From Solirubrobacteraceae bacterium (GTDB lineage Bacteria > Actinomycetota > Thermoleophilia > Solirubrobacterales > Solirubrobacteraceae): DNA of 64,000 bases. Made by a program: the position numbers and the translations under genes. Where the stretch lies: contig DASYNI010000011.1 of the NCBI GenBank assembly GCA_036008645.1, positions 59,107 to 123,106 of the forward strand, in the 5' to 3' direction. A model generated the notes under the pieces. It searched no databases, was not told where the DNA came from, and saw nothing but the letters and a program-made list of their open reading frames with translations. This document shows positions 28,401 through 37,818 of the stretch, piece after piece (within the stretch, counting starts at the first letter, position 1; each line of letters begins with the position of its first letter).

Positions 28401-29593
28401 GTCGCGGCGCCATTCTCGCCCAATGGGGCGTCGAGCAGCCGCTCGTATAGGCGCATGTGTGCGTGGGCGACCTCCACCCACGAGTAGGGGCCGTCCGCGG
28501 CCGCCTGCGCGGCGGCAGCCATCCGCGTAAGCGCGGCGGGATCGCCGAGCAGCTGCGTGAGCGCGCCGGCCAGCACCTCTGGATCGCCCGCGGGCACGGT
28601 CGTGGCGGCGCCGGTGGCCGCGATCTCCGGGAAGCCGCCGATGTCGCTGAGCAGCAGCGGCTTGCCGAACGCAAGCGCCGTGAACAACACGCCGGACTGG
28701 TCGATCTCGCGGTATGGCAGCACGACCAAGTCCGCACGCGCGAAGTAGGCGGGCAGGTCGGCGTCGGCGATGAAGGCAGGCGCGACATGGATGCCTTCCT
28801 GCGCAGCGGCACTCCGACCTGCCGGCGTCTCGACGCCGGCCAGGCCGTACTGGCCGAGATCCATGCGCGGCATGCCTGCTACCCAGAGCTGCGCCTGCCC
28901 ACGCTGCCCGGCGCTCAGCGATCGCCATGCCTGCAGCAGCACATCCAGCCCCTTATAGGGCCGGATCAGGCCGAAGAACAGTACGACAGGCCCTGGCGGC
29001 TCCTGCCCGAAGGGCGGCGGGCCCGCAGGGGCCGCAGCGAGGTGGGCGAAGGCGCCGTGAGGGATCACGTGCACCTTCTGCGGATCGACGCCAAGCTCGG
29101 TGGTCAGGCGCCGCGCGCCGTGCTGCGAGTGCACCACGATTGCGTCGAAGCGCTCGTAGAGGAGCCGCTGCCCACGCAGCTGGCCCCGGCGCGGCTCGCG
29201 CGGCATCACGTCGTGCGCGGTGATCACCAGCCGCGGGCCCCCGCCACGCCGCCGCATGGGCAGCAGGTGCGCGTCGAGCTGCTGCACCGGCAGCCATTGG
29301 AAGTGGGCGATGTCGGCGCCTTGTGCGATGCGGCGGCAGCGCAGCATCCCTGGTACGTGCTCGGCAAGCTTCAGTGTGAGTCCACCGCGCGAGCGGGCGC
29401 CCGCCGCCGCCCCGGCGTGGGAGTGACGGTAGAAGATCTCGCGCCGCGCATATCCGTCGGGCGGCGCCAGAGGCCCATAGGGGAAGCGGCTGGTGAGCAG
29501 CTCGACCTGCGCGCCTGCCGCGGCCAGCGCGCTACAGAGCGCATGGTCATAGGGCGGGGTGTAGGCCGATGGGTCGACGATCTCCACGCGCAT
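28385..29593 (-). CDS. family 4 (GT-B) glycosyltransferase
   Basis: ATG at 29593 (MRVEIVDPSAYTPPYDH..). The GT-B C-terminal region has LVVLPYREIDQSGVLFTALAFGKPLLLSDIGGFPE. Confidence 0.8.
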   Translation of the reverse strand: MRVEIVDPSAYTPPYDHALCSALAAAGAQVELLTSRFPYGPLAPPDGYARREIFYRHSHAGAAAGARSRGGLTLKLAEHVPGMLRCRRIAQGADIAHFQWLPVQQLDAHLLPMRRRGGGPRLVITAHDVMPREPRRGQLRGQRLLYERFDAIVVHSQHGARRLTTELGVDPQKVHVIPHGAFAHLAAAPAGPPPFGQEPPGPVVLFFGLIRPYKGLDVLLQAWRSLSAGQRGQAQLWVAGMPRMDLGQYGLAGVETPAGRSAAAQEGIHVAPAFIADADLPAYFARADLVVLPYREIDQSGVLFTALAFGKPLLLSDIGGFPEIAATGAATTVPAGDPEVLAGALTQLLGDPAALTRMAAAAQAAADGPYSWVEVAHAHMRLYERLLDAPLGENGAATWTSP

Positions 29594-29751
29594 GCAAGCG
29601 AACGATAAGCCCGCGCGGATAGCGCAGCCCGATGACCTGGCGCCGCCGGTGGCGTGACGGCCTCCGGTCGGCGCCTGAGGATCTGGACATATTGCGCCGA
29701 GGGCGCCGATCCGCACTCAAGTGTGTGCATCGGACGACCGATTTACAAGCC

Positions 29752-30933
29752 ATGTCTGCGCGTGCGGCCAACACGATGCAACCTGCAAGCGTGCGGGAGC
29801 GCGAGCGCCGTGCCGAGGCGCTGCGCCGCCACCGCGCAAACCCGAGCCTGCGCCTGGCCGGCGACGAGCTTGGCTACCTGCGCTCCCAACTGCGCCTGGC
29901 CTCGCGCCTGACCGCGCGGCTGGCGTCCATGCGCGACGTGGACGAGATGGCGCGCGTGGTCGTGCAGGATCTGCACAGCACCTTCTCCTTCTATCTGGCG
30001 GCGATCCAACGCCTGGAGGGTGACACGCTGCGCCTGATCGCCGGGCGGGGCCCGCTGGCGGAGGTGATGACCGAGTTCCTGCTGGTAGAGCAGCCGATCG
30101 CGCAAGGCGTCAACGGTCGCGTCGCCCGCACCGGCCAGACCGCCCTGGTCGCCGACACGCGGCAGGAGCCCGACTATGTCGTGCGCGACCCGCTCACCGA
30201 CCCGCGCAGCGAGCTGGCGGTGCCGATCCTGCTCGACGGCAGAGTCTGGGGAGTGCTGAACATCGAGGCGGCCGAGCCGGGCGCCTTCGGAGAGGCCGAG
30301 GCCGTGCTGGTCGAGGCGGTCGCCGCGAGCCTGGGCTCGGCGCTTCACCGCGTCTCGCTGCTCGCCGATCTGGAGTGCGCCTTCACCACGATGCTTTCGG
30401 TGCTGGTCAGCACCGTGGAGGCCAAGGATCTCTACACCGCCAACCACGGCCAGGACGTGGCAGACCTGGCCGAGCGCGTGGCGCTGCGGATGGGCCTTGC
30501 GCCGCGCGAGGCCGCGGACGTCCGCTACGCGGCGATGCTGCACGACATCGGCAAGATCGCGGTCCCGACCGAAATCCTGACTAAGCCGGGCCCGCTTACC
30601 GATGAGGAGTGGGTGCTGATGCGCCGCCACGCCGAGGTCGGCGGCGAGCTGGTCGGTCGCGTGGAGACTTTCGCCCACCTCGCCCCCGCGGTGCGCTCCA
30701 GCCACGAGCGGGTCGACGGCGGCGGCTACCCCGATGGCATCGCCGGCGAGAGCATCCCGCTTGCGGCCCGGATCATCGCCGCTTGCGACACCTTCGACGC
30801 GATCGTGACCGACCGGCCATACCGCCCCGGCCGCGAGCCAGGGGAGGCGGCGATCGAGCTGCAGCGCGTTGCGGGCGCGCAACTCGACACCGGCGTGGTG
30901 CAAGCGTTGCTGGTCGAGCTGCAGCTCGACTAA
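29752..30933 (+). CDS. GAF-domain HD-GYP phosphohydrolase (putative c-di-GMP phosphodiesterase)
   Basis: GAF region (RVWGVLNIEAAEP) followed by HD-GYP motifs HDIGKIAVP and SSHERVDGGGYPDG. Confidence 0.85.
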   Translation: MSARAANTMQPASVRERERRAEALRRHRANPSLRLAGDELGYLRSQLRLASRLTARLASMRDVDEMARVVVQDLHSTFSFYLAAIQRLEGDTLRLIAGRGPLAEVMTEFLLVEQPIAQGVNGRVARTGQTALVADTRQEPDYVVRDPLTDPRSELAVPILLDGRVWGVLNIEAAEPGAFGEAEAVLVEAVAASLGSALHRVSLLADLECAFTTMLSVLVSTVEAKDLYTANHGQDVADLAERVALRMGLAPREAADVRYAAMLHDIGKIAVPTEILTKPGPLTDEEWVLMRRHAEVGGELVGRVETFAHLAPAVRSSHERVDGGGYPDGIAGESIPLAARIIAACDTFDAIVTDRPYRPGREPGEAAIELQRVAGAQLDTGVVQALLVELQLD

Positions 30934-31271
30934 GAGACATCGGCGCGCCAGGACGCCGGAACCGGCGCGCGGCGCCTAGCACGGAAGTCCCCGACGGCGC
31001 CTGCGATGGCCGGGCCGCCACCAGCCCGGGGGCCCTGACCGTCGCAGGCCGCGAAGGCGCCGCGGCAGCTGTGGGATCGTGTGGCCCCGGCATCCGAGCC
31101 CGGACGCTCCCTCCAGTTGCGTCCGGGCGGCGGATGCCCCTCTCCAGCGGACCTTGCTCCCACAGGTCCTTCGACTGCCAGAACACGACGGCTACGCAGA
31201 AGGTGCGGTCTCACACAAAGCGTTTTCGCGGTAGCGTTCTCTGCTCGGATTCGTCTTCGAGGAGGAACCAG

Positions 31272-32177
31272 ATGGCAAGGCAGCTCCGCGTCCTGGCAGG
31301 ACAGACGGTCGCTATCACCGGAGGCGCGCGCGGCATCGGCCGTGCCACCGCGGGTGTGCTCGCCGGCGCTGGCATGAGGGTCGCGATCGGCGACCTCGAC
31401 CTCGATGCTGCCCGGCAGGCGGCCGTAGAGATCGGACCCAGTGCCGTTGCGCTGCCGCTCGACGTCACCGATAGGGCCTCCTTCACCGCGTTCCTCGACG
31501 GCGCAGAGCAGCAGATCGGGCCGCTGGAGGTGCTGATCAACAACGCCGGGATCATGCAGCTGGGCCGCTTCGTCGACGAGGACGACGCAACCTCTCAGCG
31601 GATGATCGACATCAACCTCGGCGGCGTGATCCTCGGCACCAAGCTCGCGCTGGCGCGGATGGTCCCGCGCAACCGGGGCCACATCGTCAACATCTCCTCC
31701 CAGGCGGGCAAGTACGGTGCGCCGGGCGGGGCCACCTATTCAGCCACCAAGCACGCGGTGATTGGTCTCACCGAGGCGGTCAGGGGGGAGTTGCGCCTGA
31801 TGAAGGCCGATATCGACGTCAGCTACGTGATGCCCTTCGTCGTGAACACCGAGCTCGGCTCGGGGCTTGGCCAGGCACGCGGGATGCGCAGCCTGCAGCC
31901 CTCCGACGTGGCCGATGCGATCCTCGACGCGCTGCAGCGGCGGGTGGTCGACGTGTGGGTGCCGAAGTCCGCGCGTGCCACGCAGACATTCGGCTCGCTG
32001 CTGCCGCGGCGTGTCTCGGAGGCGATAGCGCGCGCGATGAAGGCCGACATGGTGCTGGCCGGAGCGGATGCCTCGGTGCGGCAGGGCTATGAAGTGCGTG
32101 CAGCGGCTTCGGAGCCGCGCCTTACGGGCGGAGATTCGCAGCCGGCGGAGCTCGGGAGCGGGACGTCTACGCCGTAA
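31272..32177 (+). CDS. short-chain dehydrogenase/reductase
   Basis: TGGARGIG cofactor motif, NNAG, and a catalytic YSATKHAV. ATG at 31272 is preceded by GAGGAGG. Confidence 0.88.
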   Translation: MARQLRVLAGQTVAITGGARGIGRATAGVLAGAGMRVAIGDLDLDAARQAAVEIGPSAVALPLDVTDRASFTAFLDGAEQQIGPLEVLINNAGIMQLGRFVDEDDATSQRMIDINLGGVILGTKLALARMVPRNRGHIVNISSQAGKYGAPGGATYSATKHAVIGLTEAVRGELRLMKADIDVSYVMPFVVNTELGSGLGQARGMRSLQPSDVADAILDALQRRVVDVWVPKSARATQTFGSLLPRRVSEAIARAMKADMVLAGADASVRQGYEVRAAASEPRLTGGDSQPAELGSGTSTP

Positions 32178-33045
32178 GCCACTCGGCTATCAGCGCGCCG
32201 ATCTGCGGACCCTGGTCCTCCTGCAAAAAGTGGGAGGCGTCCTGGATCACGCGTGGCGGCTGCCTGCCGATCGAGGCGGCGAACTGCTCACCGACCGCAA
32301 GCGGCAGCACCGGGTCGGAGTCGGCCCAAAGCATCAGCGTCGGCCGGCTGTCATCGCGCAGCGCGTGAAGCACATCGCGTCCCGCCGCCGCGCCGGGGGC
32401 GTTCGGCTCCTGCGGGATCAGCAGCGGGAAGGCACGTGCGCCGGCCTTGCTTGAGGCGGTCGGGAAGGGGGCGTCGTAAGCGGCAATCACCTCATCGCCC
32501 GGGTCCTGCTTGCAGGCGCCCTTGACCAGGAAACCGACCGGCAGGTCCTCAGTGCGCGCCACGAAGTCGCGGAAGGCAAGCCACGCGTCGCTCATGCGCT
32601 GTTGGCCAGTGAAGAGACCTGTGTCCAGGATCACGATTCGGTCGATCCGGTCTGCGTGCTCGACGGCGAGCCGCAGCCCGATCGGGCCGCCCCAGTCGTG
32701 GACGACGATCGTCGCGTCGCGGAGGTCGAGGTCGGTGAGCAGCGTGGAGGCAAACCGGGTGTGCTTGTCGTAGCTGTACCAGCCGACGTCGGTCGGCTTA
32801 TCGGAGCGCCCGAATCCGGCGAGGTCGGGGGCGATGCAGCGAAAGCCCGCGTCCCGCACCGGCGGGATCACCTTGCGCCACAAAAACGACCAGGTCGGCT
32901 CTCCGTGCATGAAGAGCACCGGTGCTCCCTGCCCCTCGTCCAGGTGTGCCAGGCGAAGTCCGTCGACCTCGCGGTAGTGCGACTGGAACGGGAAGTCGGG
33001 AAGCCCCTCAAGCACCTCCTCGGGTGTGCGCAGGACCTCAGCCAT
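32167..33045 (-). CDS. haloalkane dehalogenase-like alpha/beta hydrolase (HLD-I type)
   Basis: FPFQSHYREVDGLRLAHLDEGQGAPVLFMHGEPTWSFLWRKVIP...APDLAGFGRSDKP and the nucleophile elbow VHDWGG. ATG at 33045. Confidence 0.8.
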   Translation of the reverse strand: MAEVLRTPEEVLEGLPDFPFQSHYREVDGLRLAHLDEGQGAPVLFMHGEPTWSFLWRKVIPPVRDAGFRCIAPDLAGFGRSDKPTDVGWYSYDKHTRFASTLLTDLDLRDATIVVHDWGGPIGLRLAVEHADRIDRIVILDTGLFTGQQRMSDAWLAFRDFVARTEDLPVGFLVKGACKQDPGDEVIAAYDAPFPTASSKAGARAFPLLIPQEPNAPGAAAGRDVLHALRDDSRPTLMLWADSDPVLPLAVGEQFAASIGRQPPRVIQDASHFLQEDQGPQIGALIAEWLTA

Positions 33046-33342
33046 CCTCGGCGGCAAGCATAACGGCCGCTGGCCCTCGAAACCGGCGAGTAGCATCGAT
33101 CTATTGGAACGGCAGCCGCCAGGCCTCGTGGACGTCCACTGCCACATCCTGCCGCGCTCGACGACGGCGAAGTGAGTCGGCCGTGCCTGTGCGAGCTCAT
33201 CGCCAGGTCGCGTGCCAGCGAGCCGCCTGCCGGCCATCCGGATTTGGCCGAGGCCGCAGACGGGTAACTCCTGAATAGCCGCTTGCCAGCGGGGCCGTCG
33301 TCGGCTGGCCATGACTTAGATTGAGTTCGATGTTTCCGACTC

Positions 33343-33371
33343 TTGACGGACCTGCGGGCATGGCCTAGCTT
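33343..33371 (+). promoter_or_regulatory. candidate sigma70-type promoter TTGACG-N17-TAGCTT
   Basis: -35 at 33343..33348, a 17-nt spacer, -10 at 33366..33371, upstream of the TetR-like gene. Confidence 0.4.
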
Positions 33372-33468
33372 TGGATGGCTGGATTGGATGGAGGTTCCGG
33401 GGAAGGCAAGCGTCACCCGTGCTGAGTGCGATGCTCGGCGGCTGGTCTTGCACCCGGAGGGGAGTCTC

Positions 33469-34782
33469 GTGAGCGACGATTACATCGACAGTTCCGAATA
33501 CAGGGAGCAACGCCAGCGTGAGCGGCTCTGCGTCGCATTCGTACGGGCGATGGCCGACGGCGGCTACGAGACGATCACCATCGCGCGGGTAAGCGAGCTC
33601 TCCGGCTGCTCCCAGGAGACATTCCATCGCCACTACGAGGACCTGCTCGCTTGCTACCGAGACGCCTGCTCCTACTCGCTGCAGGAGTCGTGCTCGGCGA
33701 CCGTCGCTGCGTGGCTGGCAGTACGCGGCTGGAGCGAGCGGCTGCGGCGCGCCTGCCATGCGCTGCTCACCCATGTCGAGGAGCACCCGGACGCCGCCAG
33801 AGCGGTGCTGGTTGCAGCGCTTGCCAGCGGCCCCGAGGTGGCCGACCACGTGCGCGAGACGGTCGCCTTCCACGAGCGGGCGCTGGTGATGGCCTTCCAG
33901 CTGCATCCGCAAGGCTTTCCCACCTCGCGTCTGACCCCGCGGGCGCTCACCGGCGGGATGCGGCATGTCTTGCATCTGAGGATGCGCGAAGGCAGAGAGC
34001 GGCAGATCGCGGGACTGGCCGACGACCTGCACGAATGGATCGAATGTCACCGCTCAACCGCGGCGGCACGGCTGCCATTGACCACCGGCAGCCAGATGCG
34101 GGGCCGCTCACTTGCGCGGCTGCAGCCGCAGCACGGCGTGCAGGCAGAGTTGATCCTCCCTGTACAGGACGAGCGCTCACGTGTGCTCCAAACCGTCGCC
34201 CAGCTGATGCTCCAGCCGTGCCGCGAGACGCTCGACGGCGCGACGGTCGCCCGCTTCGCCGGTGTCTCGGCGGCACGCTTTCAGGCCGACTATGGCGGAG
34301 TGCAGACCTGCGCCACTCAGGTCGTCGACGACTTCGTGCGCGCCAATGGCGCAGCACTGCGAATGGGAGCGCACCAGGGGAAGAGCTGGCCGGAGTCGGT
34401 GCGGCTCGCGGTCGTGCAGAGCCTTGCGCACATCGACGCCAACCGCGAGCTCTCGATGTTCGCGCTGCTGCGGCTTGCCCTTCTGCCCGAGGTGTGCAGC
34501 GCACGACACGCCGCGCTGGCCAACGGCATCGTCTCGGTGGCGCTCGATGGCGCGCCAGCACCGCTGCACGCAGGGCGACTCGTCGCTGACGCGCTGCCGG
34601 GCACGGTGAATGAGCTGCTCACCTGGACAGTTGCGGCTGGGGGCTTCACTCGCCTGCCCGCGCTCGCCGACCAGATCGCCTTCTTCCTCCTTGCGCCTTA
34701 CCTCGGCGGTGAGCGCGCCGCCGAGGAGGTAATCGCCTCGGCCGACGCGGAATGGCTCGGGCGCTCGGTGGAGCCTGAGTAG
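33469..34782 (+). CDS. tandem TetR-like transcriptional regulator (two HTH-containing halves)
   Basis: Two TetR_N-like HTH segments: RERLCVAFVRAMADGGYETITIARVSELSGCSQETFHRHY and SRVLQTVAQLMLQPCRETLDGATVARFAGVSAARFQADY. GTG at 33469 sits after GGAGGGGAG. The start is uncertain (alternative ATG at 33388). Confidence 0.6.
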   Translation: MSDDYIDSSEYREQRQRERLCVAFVRAMADGGYETITIARVSELSGCSQETFHRHYEDLLACYRDACSYSLQESCSATVAAWLAVRGWSERLRRACHALLTHVEEHPDAARAVLVAALASGPEVADHVRETVAFHERALVMAFQLHPQGFPTSRLTPRALTGGMRHVLHLRMREGRERQIAGLADDLHEWIECHRSTAAARLPLTTGSQMRGRSLARLQPQHGVQAELILPVQDERSRVLQTVAQLMLQPCRETLDGATVARFAGVSAARFQADYGGVQTCATQVVDDFVRANGAALRMGAHQGKSWPESVRLAVVQSLAHIDANRELSMFALLRLALLPEVCSARHAALANGIVSVALDGAPAPLHAGRLVADALPGTVNELLTWTVAAGGFTRLPALADQIAFFLLAPYLGGERAAEEVIASADAEWLGRSVEPE

Positions 34783-34812
34783 CTCCTGCAAGATCGAGTC
34801 GCGCTGTCGGCG

Positions 34813-35232
34813 CTAGGAGCTCTCGCCCGGCCCGACTGCGGGCAGCGCGCCGTCGATCACCTGCCGCGCCCACATGACGGCGGCATTCGCGAAGTGCTCT
34901 GCCTCCTGGCGCTGCACCGTGTCCTGCGGTGCCTGGTCGTAGCGCGCCGCCACGGCGTAGGGGGTGAGAAGGTCAGCCTCGTCGAGCTCGCTCGGAAGCG
35001 TCGATCCCGCTGCTTCGCAGAGTTCGGCCAGTGCGTCGATGTCGTGGGTGAAGGGATACTCGAGCTGCCCGGCCGCCAGCACCGCCTTCAGCGCACGCTC
35101 GACCGCCTGTTGGGCGTGCAAACCCACGACGGCATCGGTGATCGGTGTCACGCCGACCATCGCCTGCACCGTGGCGAGATCTTCCTCGGCACGGTGCATC
35201 AGCTCCAGCGCGAGATCGTGCTCGCTCGCCAT
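34813..35232 (-). CDS. HEPN-domain protein (HepT-like toxin candidate)
   Basis: About 139 aa, helical, with MHRAEEDLATVQAM...QQAVERALKAVL and FTHDIDAL. The ATG overlaps the upstream stop (TGATG). Confidence 0.7.
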   Translation of the reverse strand: MASEHDLALELMHRAEEDLATVQAMVGVTPITDAVVGLHAQQAVERALKAVLAAGQLEYPFTHDIDALAELCEAAGSTLPSELDEADLLTPYAVAARYDQAPQDTVQRQEAEHFANAAVMWARQVIDGALPAVGPGESS

Positions 35233-35747
35233 CACTGTGTCAGCTCCCGCCCCTCGGCCAGCGCGGCGCCGATCAAGCTGTTGCTTACGGGCCGCCACTG
35301 CCGTGCGCTGCTCTCGCTGATGACGAAGATCTCGGCTGCCAGCAGCATGCCGCGCAGCGCTCGGCGCAGCCGCACGGCCTCAATCGCTGGACTCTCGACG
35401 CGCCCCGGCTCGATCACCAGGAGATCGAGGTCGCTGTGTGCGCTGGCGCGTGCCCAGGCATGCGATCCGAAGACCACGATTCGGGTTCCGGGCGGCGTGG
35501 CCTCCCACAGCCGGCGGGCCGCCTGCTCGATCACGTCCTCATCGATCATCGGCTCATCGCTCATGCGCGTCGGCGCGTTGCCCTGCGGCCTTCGGCTGCG
35601 CCTGCTCGGCGCTGACCGCAGGTCATGTGCATCGATCGCATCCTGCTCGGCGACGTCGCCGATGCGCGGTACCCCGGCCGCTTCCAGTTCGCGCTTGACG
35701 TCCTCCCAGCCGCGGGGAGCTCGGCGGTAGAGCCTGGGCAGGCGCAT
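35232..35747 (-). CDS. nucleotidyltransferase-domain protein (MntA-like antitoxin candidate)
   Basis: Minimal NTase motif: RIVVFGSHAWARASAHSDLDLLVI. The start at 35747 overlaps the XRE stop (TGATG); an alternative ATG is at 35564. Confidence 0.7.
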   Translation of the reverse strand: MRLPRLYRRAPRGWEDVKRELEAAGVPRIGDVAEQDAIDAHDLRSAPSRRSRRPQGNAPTRMSDEPMIDEDVIEQAARRLWEATPPGTRIVVFGSHAWARASAHSDLDLLVIEPGRVESPAIEAVRLRRALRGMLLAAEIFVISESSARQWRPVSNSLIGAALAEGRELTQ

Positions 35748-35977
35748 CAGTCCATGCCTTGCAGCAGCTCACCCGGATCCACCCCCAGCGCCCTGGAGAG
35801 CGCGACGATCATCTCCAGCCGTGGCGAGCGAGCGCGTCGCTCAAAGAGGCTGACCTCTGTGCGGCTCAGGCCGCAACGGTGGGCGAGCTGGTGCTGGGAG
35901 AGTCCCAGTTGCAGGCGAGCGGCCTGGAGGTTGTGAGCAAAGCATTCCCTTGTCGCGGCCTGCGGTTTGATCGCCAT
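35747..35977 (-). CDS. XRE-family HTH regulator
   Basis: HTH_3 pattern: NLQAARLQLGLSQHQLAHRCGLSRTEVSLFERRARSPRLEMIVALSRALGV. Confidence 0.8.
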   Translation of the reverse strand: MAIKPQAATRECFAHNLQAARLQLGLSQHQLAHRCGLSRTEVSLFERRARSPRLEMIVALSRALGVDPGELLQGMD

Positions 35978-36004
35978 GTCTGTGCTCCCCCTCTCAGGTC
36001 GCTT

Positions 36005-36904
36005 TCAGATTGCTCCTAGCTTGGGCGGCAGCCACTTCAACGTCTGGTCGGCGGGGTCGCCTGCCATTTCCACGGGACCCTGGCCGGCCAGCGCCGCTCG
36101 GACGGCAAGGAAGTCGGCGGTCTGCTCGACGTCGTGCACCCGCACGATCTGTGCGCCGGCGTCGACCCCGAAGGAGACCGCCGCCAGCGTGCCGGCGAGA
36201 CGGTCGACCGGCCCGCGGCCGGTGAGCATACCCAGGAAGTACTTGCGCGAGACGGCGAGCAGCAGCGGGCGGCCGAAGCTCTGAAGCTCGGGAAGGCGAC
36301 GTAGCACGTCGATCGACTCCTGCGGGGTCTTGGCGAAGTCCAGGCCTGGATCGAGGATCAGCTGCTCCTGCTGAACGCCTGCCGTCAGCGCCCTTTCGAT
36401 CAGGGCTTGCAGCATGCTCTTGACGTCGGCGACGGGGTCCTCGTAACCCGGGAAACTCGCGGTCTTGGGTGCTGCTCGGGTGTGCATGAGTACGAGTGCG
36501 GCACCGGTCTGCGCCGCAACCGCCGCGAGATCCGGGTCCGCCAGGCCGCTGACGTCGTTGATGATTGCGGCGCCGGCGTGCACGGCTGCCTCGGCGACCG
36601 GCGCACGCCAGGTGTCGACGGAGACTGCGGCGCCCCCGTCGGCAAGCGCCTCCACCAGCGGTCGCAGCAACTCGATCTCGTGCTCGACCGAGATCGGCTC
36701 GGTATCGGTGCGACCGGACTGGGCGCCTATGTCGATGATCGCGGCGCCTGCGGTGATCTGCGCTCGCGCCACGCGCAGCTGATCCTCCAGCGTCCACAGC
36801 CGCAGCGGATCGGCCACTGAGTCGTCGCCGACGTTGACGATGCCCATGATCGCTGGGCGGTCGCAATCGATCTCCAGCAGCTGGCCTGCAGCGCAGAGTC
36901 TCAT
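36005..36904 (-). CDS. folP: dihydropteroate synthase
   Basis: IMGIVNVGDDSVAD, AAIIDIGAQS, DTWRA, INDVSG, VLMH and a C-terminal RVHDV follow the DHPS/pterin-binding pattern. ATG at 36904. Confidence 0.85.
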   Translation of the reverse strand: MRLCAAGQLLEIDCDRPAIMGIVNVGDDSVADPLRLWTLEDQLRVARAQITAGAAIIDIGAQSGRTDTEPISVEHEIELLRPLVEALADGGAAVSVDTWRAPVAEAAVHAGAAIINDVSGLADPDLAAVAAQTGAALVLMHTRAAPKTASFPGYEDPVADVKSMLQALIERALTAGVQQEQLILDPGLDFAKTPQESIDVLRRLPELQSFGRPLLLAVSRKYFLGMLTGRGPVDRLAGTLAAVSFGVDAGAQIVRVHDVEQTADFLAVRAALAGQGPVEMAGDPADQTLKWLPPKLGAI

Positions 36905-37039
36905 CGCCGTCCCTGCATTCCAGATGAGCGCGTCCCGAGCGCGTCGATCTGTCTCACGCAGCCAACGATCGCACATCGTGCGGGCATCGTCCAGGCTCCC
37001 ACGCGGTGGCTCATGGGACGCATCGAGCCGGCACGTGCT

Positions 37040-37519
37040 TCAGGCACACATGCCGCCGTCAGGGTCCTGCTTGGGGAACCACGCCTCGCGCGCGCTGCGG
37101 GGCAACGGGCCCGCGCCCGGCGCATCACGTCGCTGCGGCTGCGTGTCCGCCAGTTCGGCGTCCTCTGCGCTATGCAAGGGCTCCTGCCCGCCATGAATCG
37201 GCGTGGGCGGCTCCGGGCAGGTTTCGTGACCCAGAAAGCCGCCGCGCGGCCCCTGCTGCGCCGCCGCCCGCGTCTCGGGGTCAAGTTCGGCCAAGCACTC
37301 GCCGCAGAGCACGCAGCAATCGTCCTGGTCAAAGAGGATGCCGAAGATCGGATGCGCACTGACAAACTGCGCCGACTCAAACCCGACCGGCATACCGCAC
37401 ATCTCGCAGGCCCGGCCGGCGCGTCTGAGTGCCCTTGCCTTCACGATGTCGGTGTAGCGCACCGCCTCGCTCCCTCCTCGGTGGGACCCCGGCGCAAGCG
37501 GCTTGCGACCGGCGAACAT
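37040..37519 (-). CDS. hypothetical zinc-finger protein, degenerate HNH-like
   Basis: CEMCG...SAHPIF...CCVLCGEC resembles the CxxC...HH...CxxC frame of HNH nucleases, but the catalytic residues are altered. The opposite-strand ORF 37013..37534 is an Arg-rich shadow. Confidence 0.4.
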   Translation of the reverse strand: MFAGRKPLAPGSHRGGSEAVRYTDIVKARALRRAGRACEMCGMPVGFESAQFVSAHPIFGILFDQDDCCVLCGECLAELDPETRAAAQQGPRGGFLGHETCPEPPTPIHGGQEPLHSAEDAELADTQPQRRDAPGAGPLPRSAREAWFPKQDPDGGMCA

Positions 37520-37602
37520 CCGGTGATCCGCTGAAGGATCAAGGCCCAGCTTACAGCAGATCTTGAGACTTTGCGCACAAGTCGCGCCCCATCCCACGGT
37601 TC

Positions 37603-37818
37603 CTAGATCTTGACTTCGTGCAGAAGTTCGGCCGGGGTCACGCCAAGTCCCCGGCACAACGCCACAACCGTTTCCAGCAGTGGCTTGCGCTGGCTGCGCT
37701 CCAGCAGGCTGATCTCGGTGCGGTGCAGGCCGCTGACTTCGGCGAGCTGCTCCTGGGTCAGGCCGCGCTCGGTGCGGACTCGGCGCAGGACTGGGCCGAA
37801 CTGGTCTCCTGATCGCAT
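37603..37818 (-). CDS. XRE-family HTH regulator (paralog of 35747..35977)
   Basis: LRRVRTERGLTQEQLAEVSGLHRTEISLLERSQRKPLLETVVALCRGLGVTPAELL is roughly half identical to the other XRE by eye. Confidence 0.75.
   Translation of the reverse strand: MRSGDQFGPVLRRVRTERGLTQEQLAEVSGLHRTEISLLERSQRKPLLETVVALCRGLGVTPAELLHEVKI

Noticed and set aside
30934-31271. A 338-nt gap between the HD-GYP gene and the SDR gene, inspected for a small RNA, tRNA or missed ORF.
   Set aside because: No cloverleaf-like arms, no strong hairpin-terminator pair, and no ORF with a plausible start or RBS. It was left unannotated.
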